Assembly (NCBI GenBank): GCA_036172245.1
Contig: JAYWIR010000012.1
Location: 1 to 64,000, forward strand
Source of the DNA: Raillietiella orientalis
Lineage: Eukaryota
Length of the DNA stretch: 64,000 nucleotides
Direction: 5' to 3'
In this document: piece by piece, positions 26,373-38,500 of the stretch
Layout of the letters: every line of letters starts with the position of its first letter
How positions within the stretch are numbered: position 1 is the first letter of the stretch
Notes under the pieces: generated by a model
Told to the model about the DNA's origin: nothing
Database searches by the model: none
What the model saw: the letters and a program-made list of their open reading frames with translations, nothing else
Made by a program: the position numbers and the translations under genes

Positions 26373-29300
26373 GTGAGTCCTCGTGCTCCTCCACCGCAAG
26401 TGTGCTCGAGGTTTTGACGATTTGCATGGAACACGCATTCACAAACAGAAAGTAAAATTAGGCTTTCTGGCAGCCGAGTTCGGTCAGCGCAATACATGCC
26501 AAGCACTAGCAGTAGTTTCAGCAAAGAATCGCAACCTTAGTGCACGACGCGCGGGTAGTCCCTGTCCAAGTGGCGAAGATCCGTTCACCTGCCAATCCAG
26601 AGTGCACATGCATAACTTTGCACAAAACTGAGCAAACACACTGAAATCGAGAGGACACCACAGTGCTCGTCTGCAAATGAAAGTGCTTCTCAAATGCGAA
26701 AAATTCGAACCAGCCATCGGACGGAAAATTGTTCGACGACGAAATGGATGTCGTCATGGCAACAAGATGACTCTTCCTCTGCAAACACACCAGGTGCCAT
26801 ATGGTGCGAACGGCGCTAGACGAACTTTCGCGAAGCTCTCTCGCGCCGTTGTTGGCGTACCGTAAGCTGGCGTCCGCCAACTGCTGAGCAACATATGTGC
26901 CAGCATTTCGGAATCGCGAACGCTCACGCGGCGAAGCAGATCTTCACTGGCAACTGAGACACGAGAGAAAAAGGTTCAGCAACGAATCTGCCAAATAAAA
27001 ACAAAATCAACTCTATGAATGGCGAAATGCATAGAGAGAGTAAATATGCCTGAGCAAAATTAGTTCCCTAAAAATTCTTCGGACGATAAGGATGCATAAT
27101 TACCCTTCGATGATTAAACACTTTCGAACTCAATATATGCCATGAACTATTTAAACTAGGTAGCTAAAGGTAACAAAAACTGGAGAATATCATGGGAAAG
27201 AAAAAAATTAGAACGAATAAAACTTAACGCGAAAAGTAAGGATCAAATGAGAGACTCATTAAGATGTCAAGGAACATACAAAAAGCAAATAGATACCATC
27301 GATACCTCAAAAAAAATAAAAAAAATAGTCAGCTTTCTCGTAAGCAACTGCCAAACACAATGTCACATTATCATGTCTCAGTACACTTGCTATAATCTGC
27401 CGTTCTTGTGTTGGAGAGTACCAAACTGCACAACCCCAAACTGAGCCAACACAGATGAAGGATGGTCCTGGTAAACCAGCATAATAGCAAAACGGCTTCA
27501 CCAACACCAAACGACTTCAACTCCGAAAATATCCCGAAGTTACTAGCAAAACCAAACTCCATCAAAGTACCTTCGCGACAATTCACAAAACTATGACTCA
27601 GTCTCACTCTGATATAGCACAATACAACATTCAAGCCAACAAGCGCTGATTCTCGGCATTCAGTTTGGACATCGTCAGAATGGCACAGTAAAATGAGTCG
27701 ACGAGTCGTTTCCGTAATCCGCGGACCACAGCACTTAGACAGAAATATGAAAATAGAGACAACTGAGTCACACAGGGAACACTGTTCGAAAGAAAGTCCA
27801 AGAGCTCAATACCAGAGTACAACCACGTGCTAAAAACGGGAATATTTCGCACAGATGTGAAAATGTAGAAACCATGTTTGGGATCCTTAAAAGACCCTCA
27901 ATTCCGCCGTAACAAACACAAATTAAGAGCAACGACTCAAACGCGACGCAGCGCATCTACACAATGAATAATGCACAAATGTCATCGATCTCGCAAGAGA
28001 ACACAAACAAACGGTGCACCATGGATTCAATGACCAAATTGAAAATGGAATCCTATATGATTCCAAATAACACAGGTCATCGAAAATTCCACATGCCACG
28101 CATCCTGGTCTCCGTAAACCAGGATCCACACCTCAGCTGAGTCAAGCATCACAAAAAGATACAATGCCTTAAGACAAACAGGCATATCCAGATCACGTTG
28201 TCAGAAGAATAATGGAATATCCAACTGATTAATGAAAGAACCATTACCATATCGAACCAGAATTCACCCACTGAACAAAGCAAAGTGACATTTCGGTAAG
28301 GCATTCTTCATGCCTATTAAAGACTGTAAGTTTCACTCGAACTAGTTCATTGTCTCTACATTCTAAGGATGACTCAACTGTTCCTATGTACAAATCTTTG
28401 CACATTTGAACCCTACTAGGCATCCACGCACAGATCAAGCAAAGAGTATGCTAGTACAGAACCAAGAACGCAGCCTGCGAAATCAAAAAGTAGACTAGGC
28501 CACTAAAATCACTTATAATATGTAGTTCAAACGCAGCCCACTTCATTATTTGAATGAATCGATACACTCTGTCCACCTCCGTAATTTACGTACACTGTAC
28601 ACATACACAAGAAAGTCTACTGCCAGCACCAACTCACAAGAATGCATACGACTTCGAAAAGTCCGAACAAATTTACTTTGTAAACGGCACCCGCAAGAGG
28701 CTCGAAATCTTGCTTGTGAGAAGCTGTGGAATGGATTTCCGCTTAAGTAAGCGAACTGTGGAAATAGGAACCGCAAACGATTAACATACTTATTTCCGAA
28801 TATTCAGGACGACGACGATAACAAGCAAACAGATGTAACAAAACAAACAATATTCCTAATTGCTGTCTGCCGCCATTGGTGAATTCTACCGTCACATAAT
28901 TTCCTGTAAGAAAACTTTCCGGCACCACTGCCTCAGTTGGCTACCTTGCACACAGTATGCAGAGCTGTCTATGAGGAAGACAACGTATACAGAGGAGTAG
29001 TGCACAGCAGCCGTTCCCAATACAGTTTGAAGGGTACTGCTTCGATTTCGAACTATCAATCGGAAATATCACAAAATCAAACATAAATTTCAAAACGCAG
29101 TTCGGCTGCATAATACTTTACTATGTGGCTACCTAGTAGCGCACAAGAAAACAGAGCTCACAACAACGGACGTCTCGACAGGAAAAAAAAATTCGGGATG
29201 GCTTTTATCTTGCAGGAAAACGTGCTCACAATAAACAGAAGTGTCTGCGCTCATTAACCACACTTCAATGACGTCCCACCCTATCAGGGTGCGTGTGGCT

Positions 29301-29477
29301 AGCTGTTGATCTAACGAAAAAAGCATCTGTTTTGAAATGTTTACTGTGCCGGTTTCAAAGGCAATCACAGTATACATAACAACAATCAGTACGCTTGCAA
29401 ATTGAGTGATTCTAAACTTAGATCTGGATGGTGTCAGGCACAACTCAAAATAAATTCAGAAGCAAAAGCTCGCAACG

Positions 29478-31301
29478 TTGAAAATTACAACAAATCTGGA
29501 AACTGATTTACATACACATGGGTTCATCAACGCACTTGCAGCTGAACTCCTCCGTAGGTATGAGCAAGCCGCGGAGAAGGTGCAAATTAGCAGGGAGATG
29601 ATCTGGGGGTCAATGTGTCCGACACAGTTAGGCACCTTGCACACCCTCTTGATCAGGTGCAGGACATTGGAGGCACCAGACACGACCATCGGGCAGGAAA
29701 AATGGGATTCGCTCGAAAGGTCGGAGACAAGAAGACGCCCACCAATGACAGCTCCCATGGGAGTTCTACAGGCTTGGTTCTCTGCGGTAGCCGATAGGGG
29801 AACTGGCACATCGGGAAGTGTGCTCACGGAAAGGTATCTCCGAGCGATTGGGGGGATCCCAGACCTGTTGAGATACTCATTGGATGCCAGTCTTCCCCAT
29901 AGGAAGCAGAAAAAGCTTGTAGAGTCTGGCTGTGAGGAGATTCTCTGGTACGCCGTGGGCTATGACCACCGCCACAGACACGGGCGGGTCATTGCGGCGG
30001 AGAACACAGCAGAGATAATAGAACAAACCGAAAACATGACAAGGGCACCCAACGTCTTAAACCCGAGGCTGCCAACTCAGATTTGACAGTATCGTAGCCA
30101 AATAGCCGCGCTCTATGCGGCCCTTTATCAAGGGGCAGGCGTGGAGGTGGCGGATTGGCGGGAGCTTGGGTTAAAAGCTTCCCTCTACGACGACCTGAGA
30201 GAACATCGGTTCAACCAGCGAACTGGGGTTGAGTAGGCCTTTGCTGAAGCTGAAGATTGGAGGTGTGTCTACCTGCCCATCAGGTCCTTCGATGAGTGGG
30301 GGTTCAGGATAGTGACCATCTCCGCACACTACCTGAACTTATGTCTGATGAACAGGAGAGGACTGATCCCGGTCGTTTCAGGTAGAGCAGAGGAAGAGTG
30401 GGACCTTAGAAATGAGAATACCGGGATGGTTGTCCTGGAACACTTAACAGCAGAAGAGCCAGTTGCATGGGCTCTATGGTTGTTGCTGCATTTGCAGTAT
30501 CCCCTCCTACAGTGTGCAGAGATGTACAACGTACTGTTAGGAGACCAGACGGAATACAGGGACTTGTTCCTGCGCAATGCTGGCCTCATCGACTTCCACA
30601 ATGAAATGCGTAATATCGTGGTGGTCACACCCTCTGCAGCACAACGGCAGATCGAGTTAGCCGGAATAGCGCTCGAGGTGTTGACCATAACAACCATGGA
30701 AAACTGGATCCCAGCAACTGTGGTGGAAGCGGACACGATTGTGGAAGCCTGTCTGTGCCAAATTATGAGCTACCCACTTTCTCTGAAGGGAGTGCTCATA
30801 AGGTACTTAGGAGCCCGGGTACCGGGAGGCCTCAACTGGGAGGAGGTGGAGATGCTGACCTCGGTCTTGACATCAAAGTATCCCCCACAGGTTGAGGTCT
30901 TCACAAGGGCGGCAGGAAACGTATCCAGCATGGTCGGGCAGGGCCCGCCCCCCAATATCTTAAGAAAGACGTACAAAATAGAGGAGCATGCTGGAAGAAG
31001 CATGAGGGACTACGGCCACCAGGGGGCGGTAGGCTGCTTCGATCATGTCCCCCTCGGGAGAGGAGACGCCCGGAGAAACCCGGCAGTTTCGTTCGGCAGG
31101 TGGACGAAATTTGCCGAGCTGGCCGTTTTCGTAGCGGCGTACACTTGCAAGGTGTATAACGCCGAATCTCTGACAGGGATAGCCAATGCCCTACAAGAGA
31201 GAGGACTCGGCCGGCTGGCGAAAGCAGGTTACCTCGTTGCTGACTGCAGTGCGATCAAAGCAATAATGAGGGATAAAACTTCGTCCAGATTTGTTACATG
31301 A
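29478..31301 (+). pseudogene. Candidate endogenous viral element: toti-like dsRNA virus capsid-like ORF, ~600 codons with two in-frame stops
   Basis: ORFs 29478-30086 and 30312-31301 share one frame, bridged by only TGA (30084) and TAG (30234); intronless; GC visibly above flanks; no TE motifs; WALWLLLHLQYP region recalls arthropod toti-like capsids (from memory, not searched). Confidence 0.5.
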
Positions 31302-34300
31302 CTGCAGTCGAATAAGATCATTCACACAGCATGTTTCCTACATAGACTGCAATATGTAGGGAATCACTGCACAAAGAATCAAACGTTCGCTGTATGAAAC
31401 CCCGGGTTCATCTGCACATTCAAGCTTCATCCCTCTACCTCAAAATGACCATGTTTACAGTTATTTACATGTTTACAGTTTATTCTTTTCTCTGTATATC
31501 TTCTCATCTCACAAGATAAATGTGAATGTTTGAAATCAAGTCATTTAAAACAGATGTCAATCTGTTCCAACATATGTCACCTTTATGCTTGCAAAGAAAG
31601 AGAAGTGCAAAGGATGACCCTGGTGCCAGTCTGATAATTTCATCCACGCCATCATGGAATTGGATCAATTCCATGGCAAATTCTGTTTACTCTTTGGTAA
31701 ATTTTCCTACTGTAAATCTGAACGCATTGCTAGATACCTCACACAGAAACAATCTTGGTTTCCAGCATGTTTTACATTACAGTCGCTGATTCATCTGTCA
31801 AACATTTCCCCTTCACAAAATGTTTTGCTCACATTCTCTACTTCCATCCATTAATTGCAAGCAGATGTTCGCACAACAATCTAAGGGCAAATCTTTCAAC
31901 ACACCCAGTTGCACACTCATTCCAACTACCCATTTCGCTAACTCTGATGAACATTTTGTAAACTTTTTTGCCATCCTGGAGCTTCTCAAACTGCCTTGTG
32001 CATGGCGAAAGGTGATAAGACTTCATGGATATGGTTTGAATTTCAAGCCTGAAACTAAAATGACCATCTCACTATTGTCCCCATATGTTTACAATGAAAG
32101 ACTGGAATTGCTACTTTTTAAGAAAGCAAACTTTTCTAATCGGAAATGCTTTGGCATCCTCATCATACAATACGTTTTATGCATCTTTTGCAAAACTGCA
32201 ATTTTCAGAATGCAAAATAGTCAGTTTTCTTAATTACATAGCAAAAAAGGCAATACACTTCAGAATGAGAAATGAATTAATACAGCTGTTTCACAAAATA
32301 AGTTCAATCATTATACCAATATTTTCTTGTCCTTCACTACACCAATTGCAAGTCAATGCTCTACATGCCTTCCCTGACCAAAACATTATTCTAATTAGTG
32401 TCTGGTTGTATTTTGGTTCATTTGCTTTCATACTATTTCATGAAATGAAATCTAATTCAAGGCTACTGAACCAAGTTCACAAGCATTTCAAACATAAATT
32501 TGTTCAGATTCATCATGCAGCAAGAAGCACCTATACTGAGGAAGATCCTTCAGTTTTTATGAAGCCTGATCAAAGGATTTGGCTGTCAAACTCATGTTTT
32601 TTTCCATAAAAGACTTTCATTCTACTTCTGATCTAAGAAATAAGAACAGATCCGTTCACAAAATATCATATTTACAAATTTCATTTCCCTGACAGTTGGC
32701 TTGACCATTTGAAATCTCGTAATGTACCCACATAATATTCACTTCTCAAAATGGAAAAGCACTTTTCGAGTTTGAACATCAACCTTTCGTGGCAACTTTA
32801 CCTACTAAAGGCCCCCAGATACCACATGAGAAACATATTTGCATAAAATGAGTACATGCCAGGAAGACATGGTGAAAACTATGGGATGGCTCCACTACAC
32901 TTGCCAATAAAGTCTTGAGACAAATTCCATGATCAGAGAAACAAAGTTCAAATGCCTAGCAATACGATGCACATTTTCTAAGGCAATCTCACAGAAAAGC
33001 ATACAGAAGCATCTGATGGAAACCTCAAATGTTCAAAAAAAAAATCAAAGTTTGTATAAAATCTTGTATCATAGCATCATGTCATGATAGAAACATTTTT
33101 GCAAATCAATGTACACATTAAGATTTCTAGTCAGCACAAAGTTAGCAAACAAAACAACTTAACATTTATAATGAATCTAAGACGGTATCCCAATCGATAA
33201 ACTCAAAGACTTGAGATAGTTCATAATTGAAAAGCTACATTCCATTTTGTTGTCATTACTAATCAGCAATACTGGTCAAAAGCACATACTGGTACAGCTT
33301 CCAACAATTTAATGCAGGCATTATTCATCACTGTCATCGTGAATCATAATTGACCTGTTAACAGATTCCAAACCACTTTAATCGGGAAAACATCATGTGT
33401 GACAACATGCAGTTGTTTCCTAAACAAGCAAGTTCCATTAAGAATTCAGATATATGTTTTTCGGACATGGATTTTATATCTTTGCGATATTGATTTGGAA
33501 ACTCCTGCATTTCATAAGAATAGGCTCAAACTGAAATATGGTTTCAGACATACATGCGCTTGGATCTACTTTGCTAGATAAAGTATTTTCAATCTTAGCT
33601 GCTCATCAGGAACTTCAAACCATGTTTAGCACCCTACGCCTACACAGAGTGGGTTTCTCAACTAGCATGTAAATAATAAACAAATCATAGGGTCAATAAC
33701 TTGGCTTGAAGTCCGGAAATGGTTCCAGTTCATTTCAGTTACGCTTCAGCCTTATAATCTCATAAGCTGTTCTTGCGACTATCAGCTCCATTATCAAGGC
33801 ACATCTGAACCACTTGATCCAAGTCAACCCATCCATATTGCAATCTGATTGCAAAGAACACAGTGACCAACACAACTAAGTTAACCGACGCGACCGGGTT
33901 TCCCGGAGTGGAAAAACATTCTGGCTTCGAAAGGCAAGCATTCTCCACAGTCATGCACACACCTCATATTTGCCTGATTATGAAGAACCATAGATGGAAG
34001 AAGTTTCCACGAGGCAGCTGGCGCTTCGGCGCAGAAACAGGTCGTCTTCATGAAACACTGGATTGCAGCAAAGGAAAGGGCATAGCAGTCTTCGATCTCT
34101 TTCATCCTTGTTACGATGCACTGGGGGCTCATTGCACAGCTGCCTACGTGTTTTACCACACAAAGCAAACGTTGACTACACTTTGGCGGAAAGGCAACCT
34201 GACCACGTGATCCCCTCAAGCCACAACGATCGCGACCCCTACTGAATTCCGCGTTCGGTTTTTAGCACTTCCGCAAAATTGAATACCACCTGAAAGAACG

Positions 34301-34547
34301 CCTCGTCTCACGAATCTGCAGCCAGAGTTACCAACTCATCTTCCGATTCCACGATGCGTTCTCAATTTTTTGTTTGCAGTGCAAGTGTGGATTCATACAA
34401 AGGGGTTATCTGGTTTGCACACTCTGTATCAAAGCAATCCATGGAAGGCACACTGTAAATACTTTGCGGAGACTTTAAAAAAAATTCTTCCATTTGAAAA
34501 ATTCAAAAAAGTCTGACGGATACCTCAGGAATGTTGGCAACAAATGG

Positions 34548-35393
34548 AATATTCGGAAAGTTTCATTTCCTTTGAAATAAAACAGGTACCCGTCCCAATT
34601 GCCATGCAACCAAATTTCTACTTTCTGGATTTTTACACTCATCCCTGCCATTCTCATTCCATTTCTTCTTTTCTTTCTTCGTTTTCACCTTCAGTCGTCA
34701 ACATTCCTTCTTATCCTCGGAAGTCCGGCATTTCTGCATTCACCTAACACATACTCATCATACGTATAAAAAATGTACATTCGAGAAAAAATATACACAC
34801 ACTTATATCCATATCTATATCAGTAAACATGCAATCAGCATGCGTGTTAATGATCGTTCGGGCTTTCGAACCAACTCCGAAGGGGTCCTACAAGCAATGG
34901 AGGGGGAACTCAGGGATGCGAATAGGCGACCTCTCTTCTTGTGACGAGTCCAGTCGGCTGTGGCGGTGCGAGGAGCACCTTCGGCGCTGTACTAACGGGA
35001 GGGACGTCCTTTCAACAGACTTCGTAGGAGAGCCCTTGCAGGTTGCGGCAGCGCCTTGCCCGGCACGCCCCCATTTCCCAATCACCATCCCCACCTTACT
35101 CAGCGGAGGGCGGCTGCTCTCTGCCGATGCGCTCCCCCTCCTAGCTAGGCTCTCCTCACTACGACCCCGCGAACGGTGGACATCGGAGGAGGGTCATTGG
35201 ATTCCCTTTTGATCCTTAGACAGATGGAGCCACTGAGACTTACGATTGGCATCACACACGAATCCCCACGCGAGTCTTCTCCAGTAGGTGACTCGGGCAA
35301 GGACTCTCTACAGAGGCAGACGGCCAATAGGAAGATCGCATTAGGGAACAGCGCCGCTTCCGCCTGCAACTATCCTCAAAGAAGCGCATCTTC
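34548..35393 (+). repeat. Dispersed ~0.85 kb repeat, copy 1 (abuts the 3' flank of the 5S gene)
   Basis: Colinear similarity to 54800-55719, e.g. tttgaaataaaacaggta...catccctgccattctcattcc...ggtggacatcggaggagggtcattggattccc...gaagcgcatcttc. Confidence 0.92.
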
Positions 35394-35406
35394 ATCAGAG
35401 GTGGCC

Positions 35407-35411
35407 AAAAA
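35407..35411 (-). terminator. Pol III terminator (T5) of the 5S rRNA gene
   Basis: TTTTT on the minus strand 5 nt after the 5S 3' end. Confidence 0.8.
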
Positions 35412-35416
35412 GGATT

Positions 35417-35535
35417 GGTCCACGGCACCCAGGGTTCCCAGGCGGTCGCCCATCCAAGTACTGATCGGGCCCGACGCTGCTTAACTTCGCCGATCGAACG
35501 AGAGACGGTGCTTTCAGCGTGGTGTGGCCGTGAAC
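35417..35535 (-). rRNA. 5S rRNA: 5S ribosomal RNA gene, solitary, 119 nt
   Basis: GTTCACGGCCACACCACGCTGAAAGCACCG...GAAGTTAAGCAG (box A)...AGTACTTGGATGGGCGACCGCCTGGGAA (box C)...GCCGTGGACC; helix I GTTCACGGC/GCCGTGGAC pairs; T5 terminator. Confidence 0.97.
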
Positions 35536-38500
35536 GGAGGTCTTATCCTTGAAGGCACTATTTGTGACACTTCTGCAAGGGCACCCCCTCCACCGCGGCT
35601 GCGTGCACTGCCGCAGTGCGAACGTTTTCCTCACGCGGGTTCGTCGCTGCATCGCATTTCTTCGCCTTGCTCCGCTACTGTTCCACCTGAGCCTCCAGGC
35701 TTCGTTGGCCAACAGAAGGCTTGTTCTTCTCTGAGGTATAGCAGCTACGACAGGACATGGGATGTTCTGGGCATACCTCGCTCGCCGCAAAGGATCGTCC
35801 AGCATGGAATGCTCTCTCACCGTTCATGCCAAACGCGTGCGTCCGCTTTGGCCATTCGTAGAACGTGCAGGAGGCTCGTGGAGACCACTTGGCAAGGTGA
35901 GGGGACGATGATACTGGCGCCTGATCGGAGTGCAGGCATGTGTCAGACGAATCTGACTCCCGGGAGATTGACCTCAGCCACGAAGAATCTTCGGATACCT
36001 CTTGAAGACACCGCCTGACATCCCTCTATACAATGAAGGCAAGCGATGCATCGCGTTTCGCTGGAGCGCAAGCCACGAGTGCTCCACTCCTTGAGAATGG
36101 TCAATCAGCCACTAAGCTGAAGCGAGCAGCTGCAACGCCCGTGAGGAAAGGCCAGAGTACGGGAAGGGCAGCTGACTGACTGATTCGTTCTTGACTGTGG
36201 CTGCTTTTCCGCGCACCTTTCAAAATATTTGCAAATCTGCACTCGCAGGAACTTGGCATCTACAGGGCAATCACAAAATCCTGTCTCTGAGACGTCTCTC
36301 TGTCTGATAAACTTTTCTTAGCCCTGGAAGATTGACTTTCCTTTCGAAAGCCGCACACTCGAGTTCTAACTTCTCTTTGCAGAAACTTGCTAACTTCTTT
36401 CGCTTGCAATTGGCAAGCAATAGGATCTCCGAGATGTGTACAGATATAATCATGCTGACCTTTATGAGTCGTTTTCATCGTAGTTCTTGGAAAGCTAGCA
36501 TGAGCTCAACGTTTCTCATCGGAGAAAAGTGTATGTTACACATAACGAAATGGTGAATCTGGATGGAAAGAAATTCGATGTTTTTCAGACGTCCTCCTTC
36601 TAAAAACCCAGTTGTTTTATGACGTTTATATGAGGAATGCTGCTAGGATCAATTTGTTGAGGAATGCTGCTAGGATTAAGAGCGATTACGTATGCATCGC
36701 AAAAAAGTGGAAAAGACTTGAAATATCAGAGAAACCTTGCGTTAGGGTATGAGTGAATGAGCGTCACACTCCTACTATAGACCACCTCGCTTGTGCGCAA
36801 TGGCTTAATTCCTGCAGCAAGAGAAATCCGAGAATCAGAAAGTGTGTTCCATCTTTGTCAAGCAGTCGTAAACTTGTGTGCGTTGCAGCGAAGGCAAACC
36901 TAAATCTATGAGGGACACACGGAGATGCGGCAGTTCTGAGAGTCGTCCTACCAAAGTGCTAATCATATGCTTTGATTATGCGAGGGCTCCATTAGTTTGA
37001 GATACGAATCAAAAACTAACAAGAAGTCAATTGTTAATTTGAAATACGAGACAAAGGTTGTGGTGAAATTTCTAAAAGCCTCAAATGTTGAACTTTGGTA
37101 AACAGAAGCACTTTTCTTTTCTCCAGGAGAAATGTGTCGACGAAACAAGAGAGACAGAAACATGAAGAGCTCAATCTGTTCAACGAATCCGAAATGAATG
37201 CAACACTTGTTGCTTTCATCTTTTAACATCAAATATCTTGTGAACCGTCAGTGGAAACCAGTTGTCTATCCAAGGTAGCAAAGTTGATCGCGGTGTTCTG
37301 AAGCAATTAAACTACGTGGATGGCAAGCTGCAGGCTTTAACCCAGTGGATGTGGATCTTACTAGACGGAGGCAACTTGCTTCACATCATCACTGCGTTGG
37401 AAGAGAACTGGGAAGAAAACTTTGTAATTGCAGACTCGAATTTTTATGGAACGCATTCGGATGGTAGTGATTTATTTCAGTGAAGGGAAAAAAAATAACG
37501 GAACCTTTTCTCCCCTCTGACACGACTGTCATTTTTCGGGGGCCCTGCCTGTCATTATGTGTTCTCTTGAAAATGTCGAGTTTTTGCTTGCAGCATCGTT
37601 CTCCAAAAAATATCTTCAAAGGGAATGTGCCAGAATAAGCATCACAAGAGCCTCACAGGTCACAGATAATTATGTGAACTCCTGGTGCTGAAGTAATGTG
37701 ATGCTATGGGGGCTCATAAAAAATTATGGCTTGTTCCACCCATCTCACATGGAGGCTGCTGGTAGGCGACTACGAAAAGCATTCATTTTTTCATGCCTTT
37801 GCTTTTTTCCGGAAAAACGTTACTGCATGTTTGTGGAGAAATTCTCTTTTACTATACAAATTCTCCCTACTGATTCACATAACAGTTGCTCCACAGTAAG
37901 GACGACTCAAGTTCAGTTGCGGAGTAAGTGATTTCTTCCTAAATACATGGATTCAATTGATCTTCACGAATAATGCATAGCACAGTGTAGCAGAGGGACT
38001 GAGCCATTACGTATCACCGAGCCTATTAGATCGTCGAATGCATTAATCACGATGATTAGAGGCGAGCTATGACAATTGGGTGCTGTTTCATCTATAGACT
38101 TGAGATGCGCTCCCTGACAATTGACAAGATAGAATAATATAATGAATTTATTCTAGACAGTTGCTCGGGCCAGGTCGGAGATACTTTTGCGCAGGTGCTG
38201 TCGAGGTTCGCAGGTATCTTTTTTAAAAGAGCTTCCATCCTCGATTGAGGAAGGAAGGCGCCACTCGAAGGTACTTCAGTGCAAGTGGCATTTCAATGAA
38301 TTTTATGCGAAATCTGTGCAAGTGGTGCTCACTCTCGAAACGATGTTGTTACACTCTAGCAATAGATCAAATTTCGTATTCGAATAATCGGTAGATCGAA
38401 AATTTTCTGAAATGCATTCTTTGGAGCTGAAAATTCCGAAGGAAGAAGCCAGAGCAATTGCAAGAAACATATGCCTATTGCAACGTTGCTTCGCCATTTC

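Noticed and set aside
31320..33400. Possible decayed coding region on the minus strand
   Set aside because: Only short protein-like patches among many stops; no recognisable motif
35417..35535. 5S-targeting (Mutsu-like) insertion site or 5S-headed SINE3
   Set aside because: The 5S is uninterrupted, no element junction in the window contains 5S sequence, and a T5 terminator follows the gene directly
36631..36676. 19-bp direct repeat (also a 15-bp tandem duplication at 47927-47956)
   Set aside because: Ordinary local slippage duplications with no enclosed element
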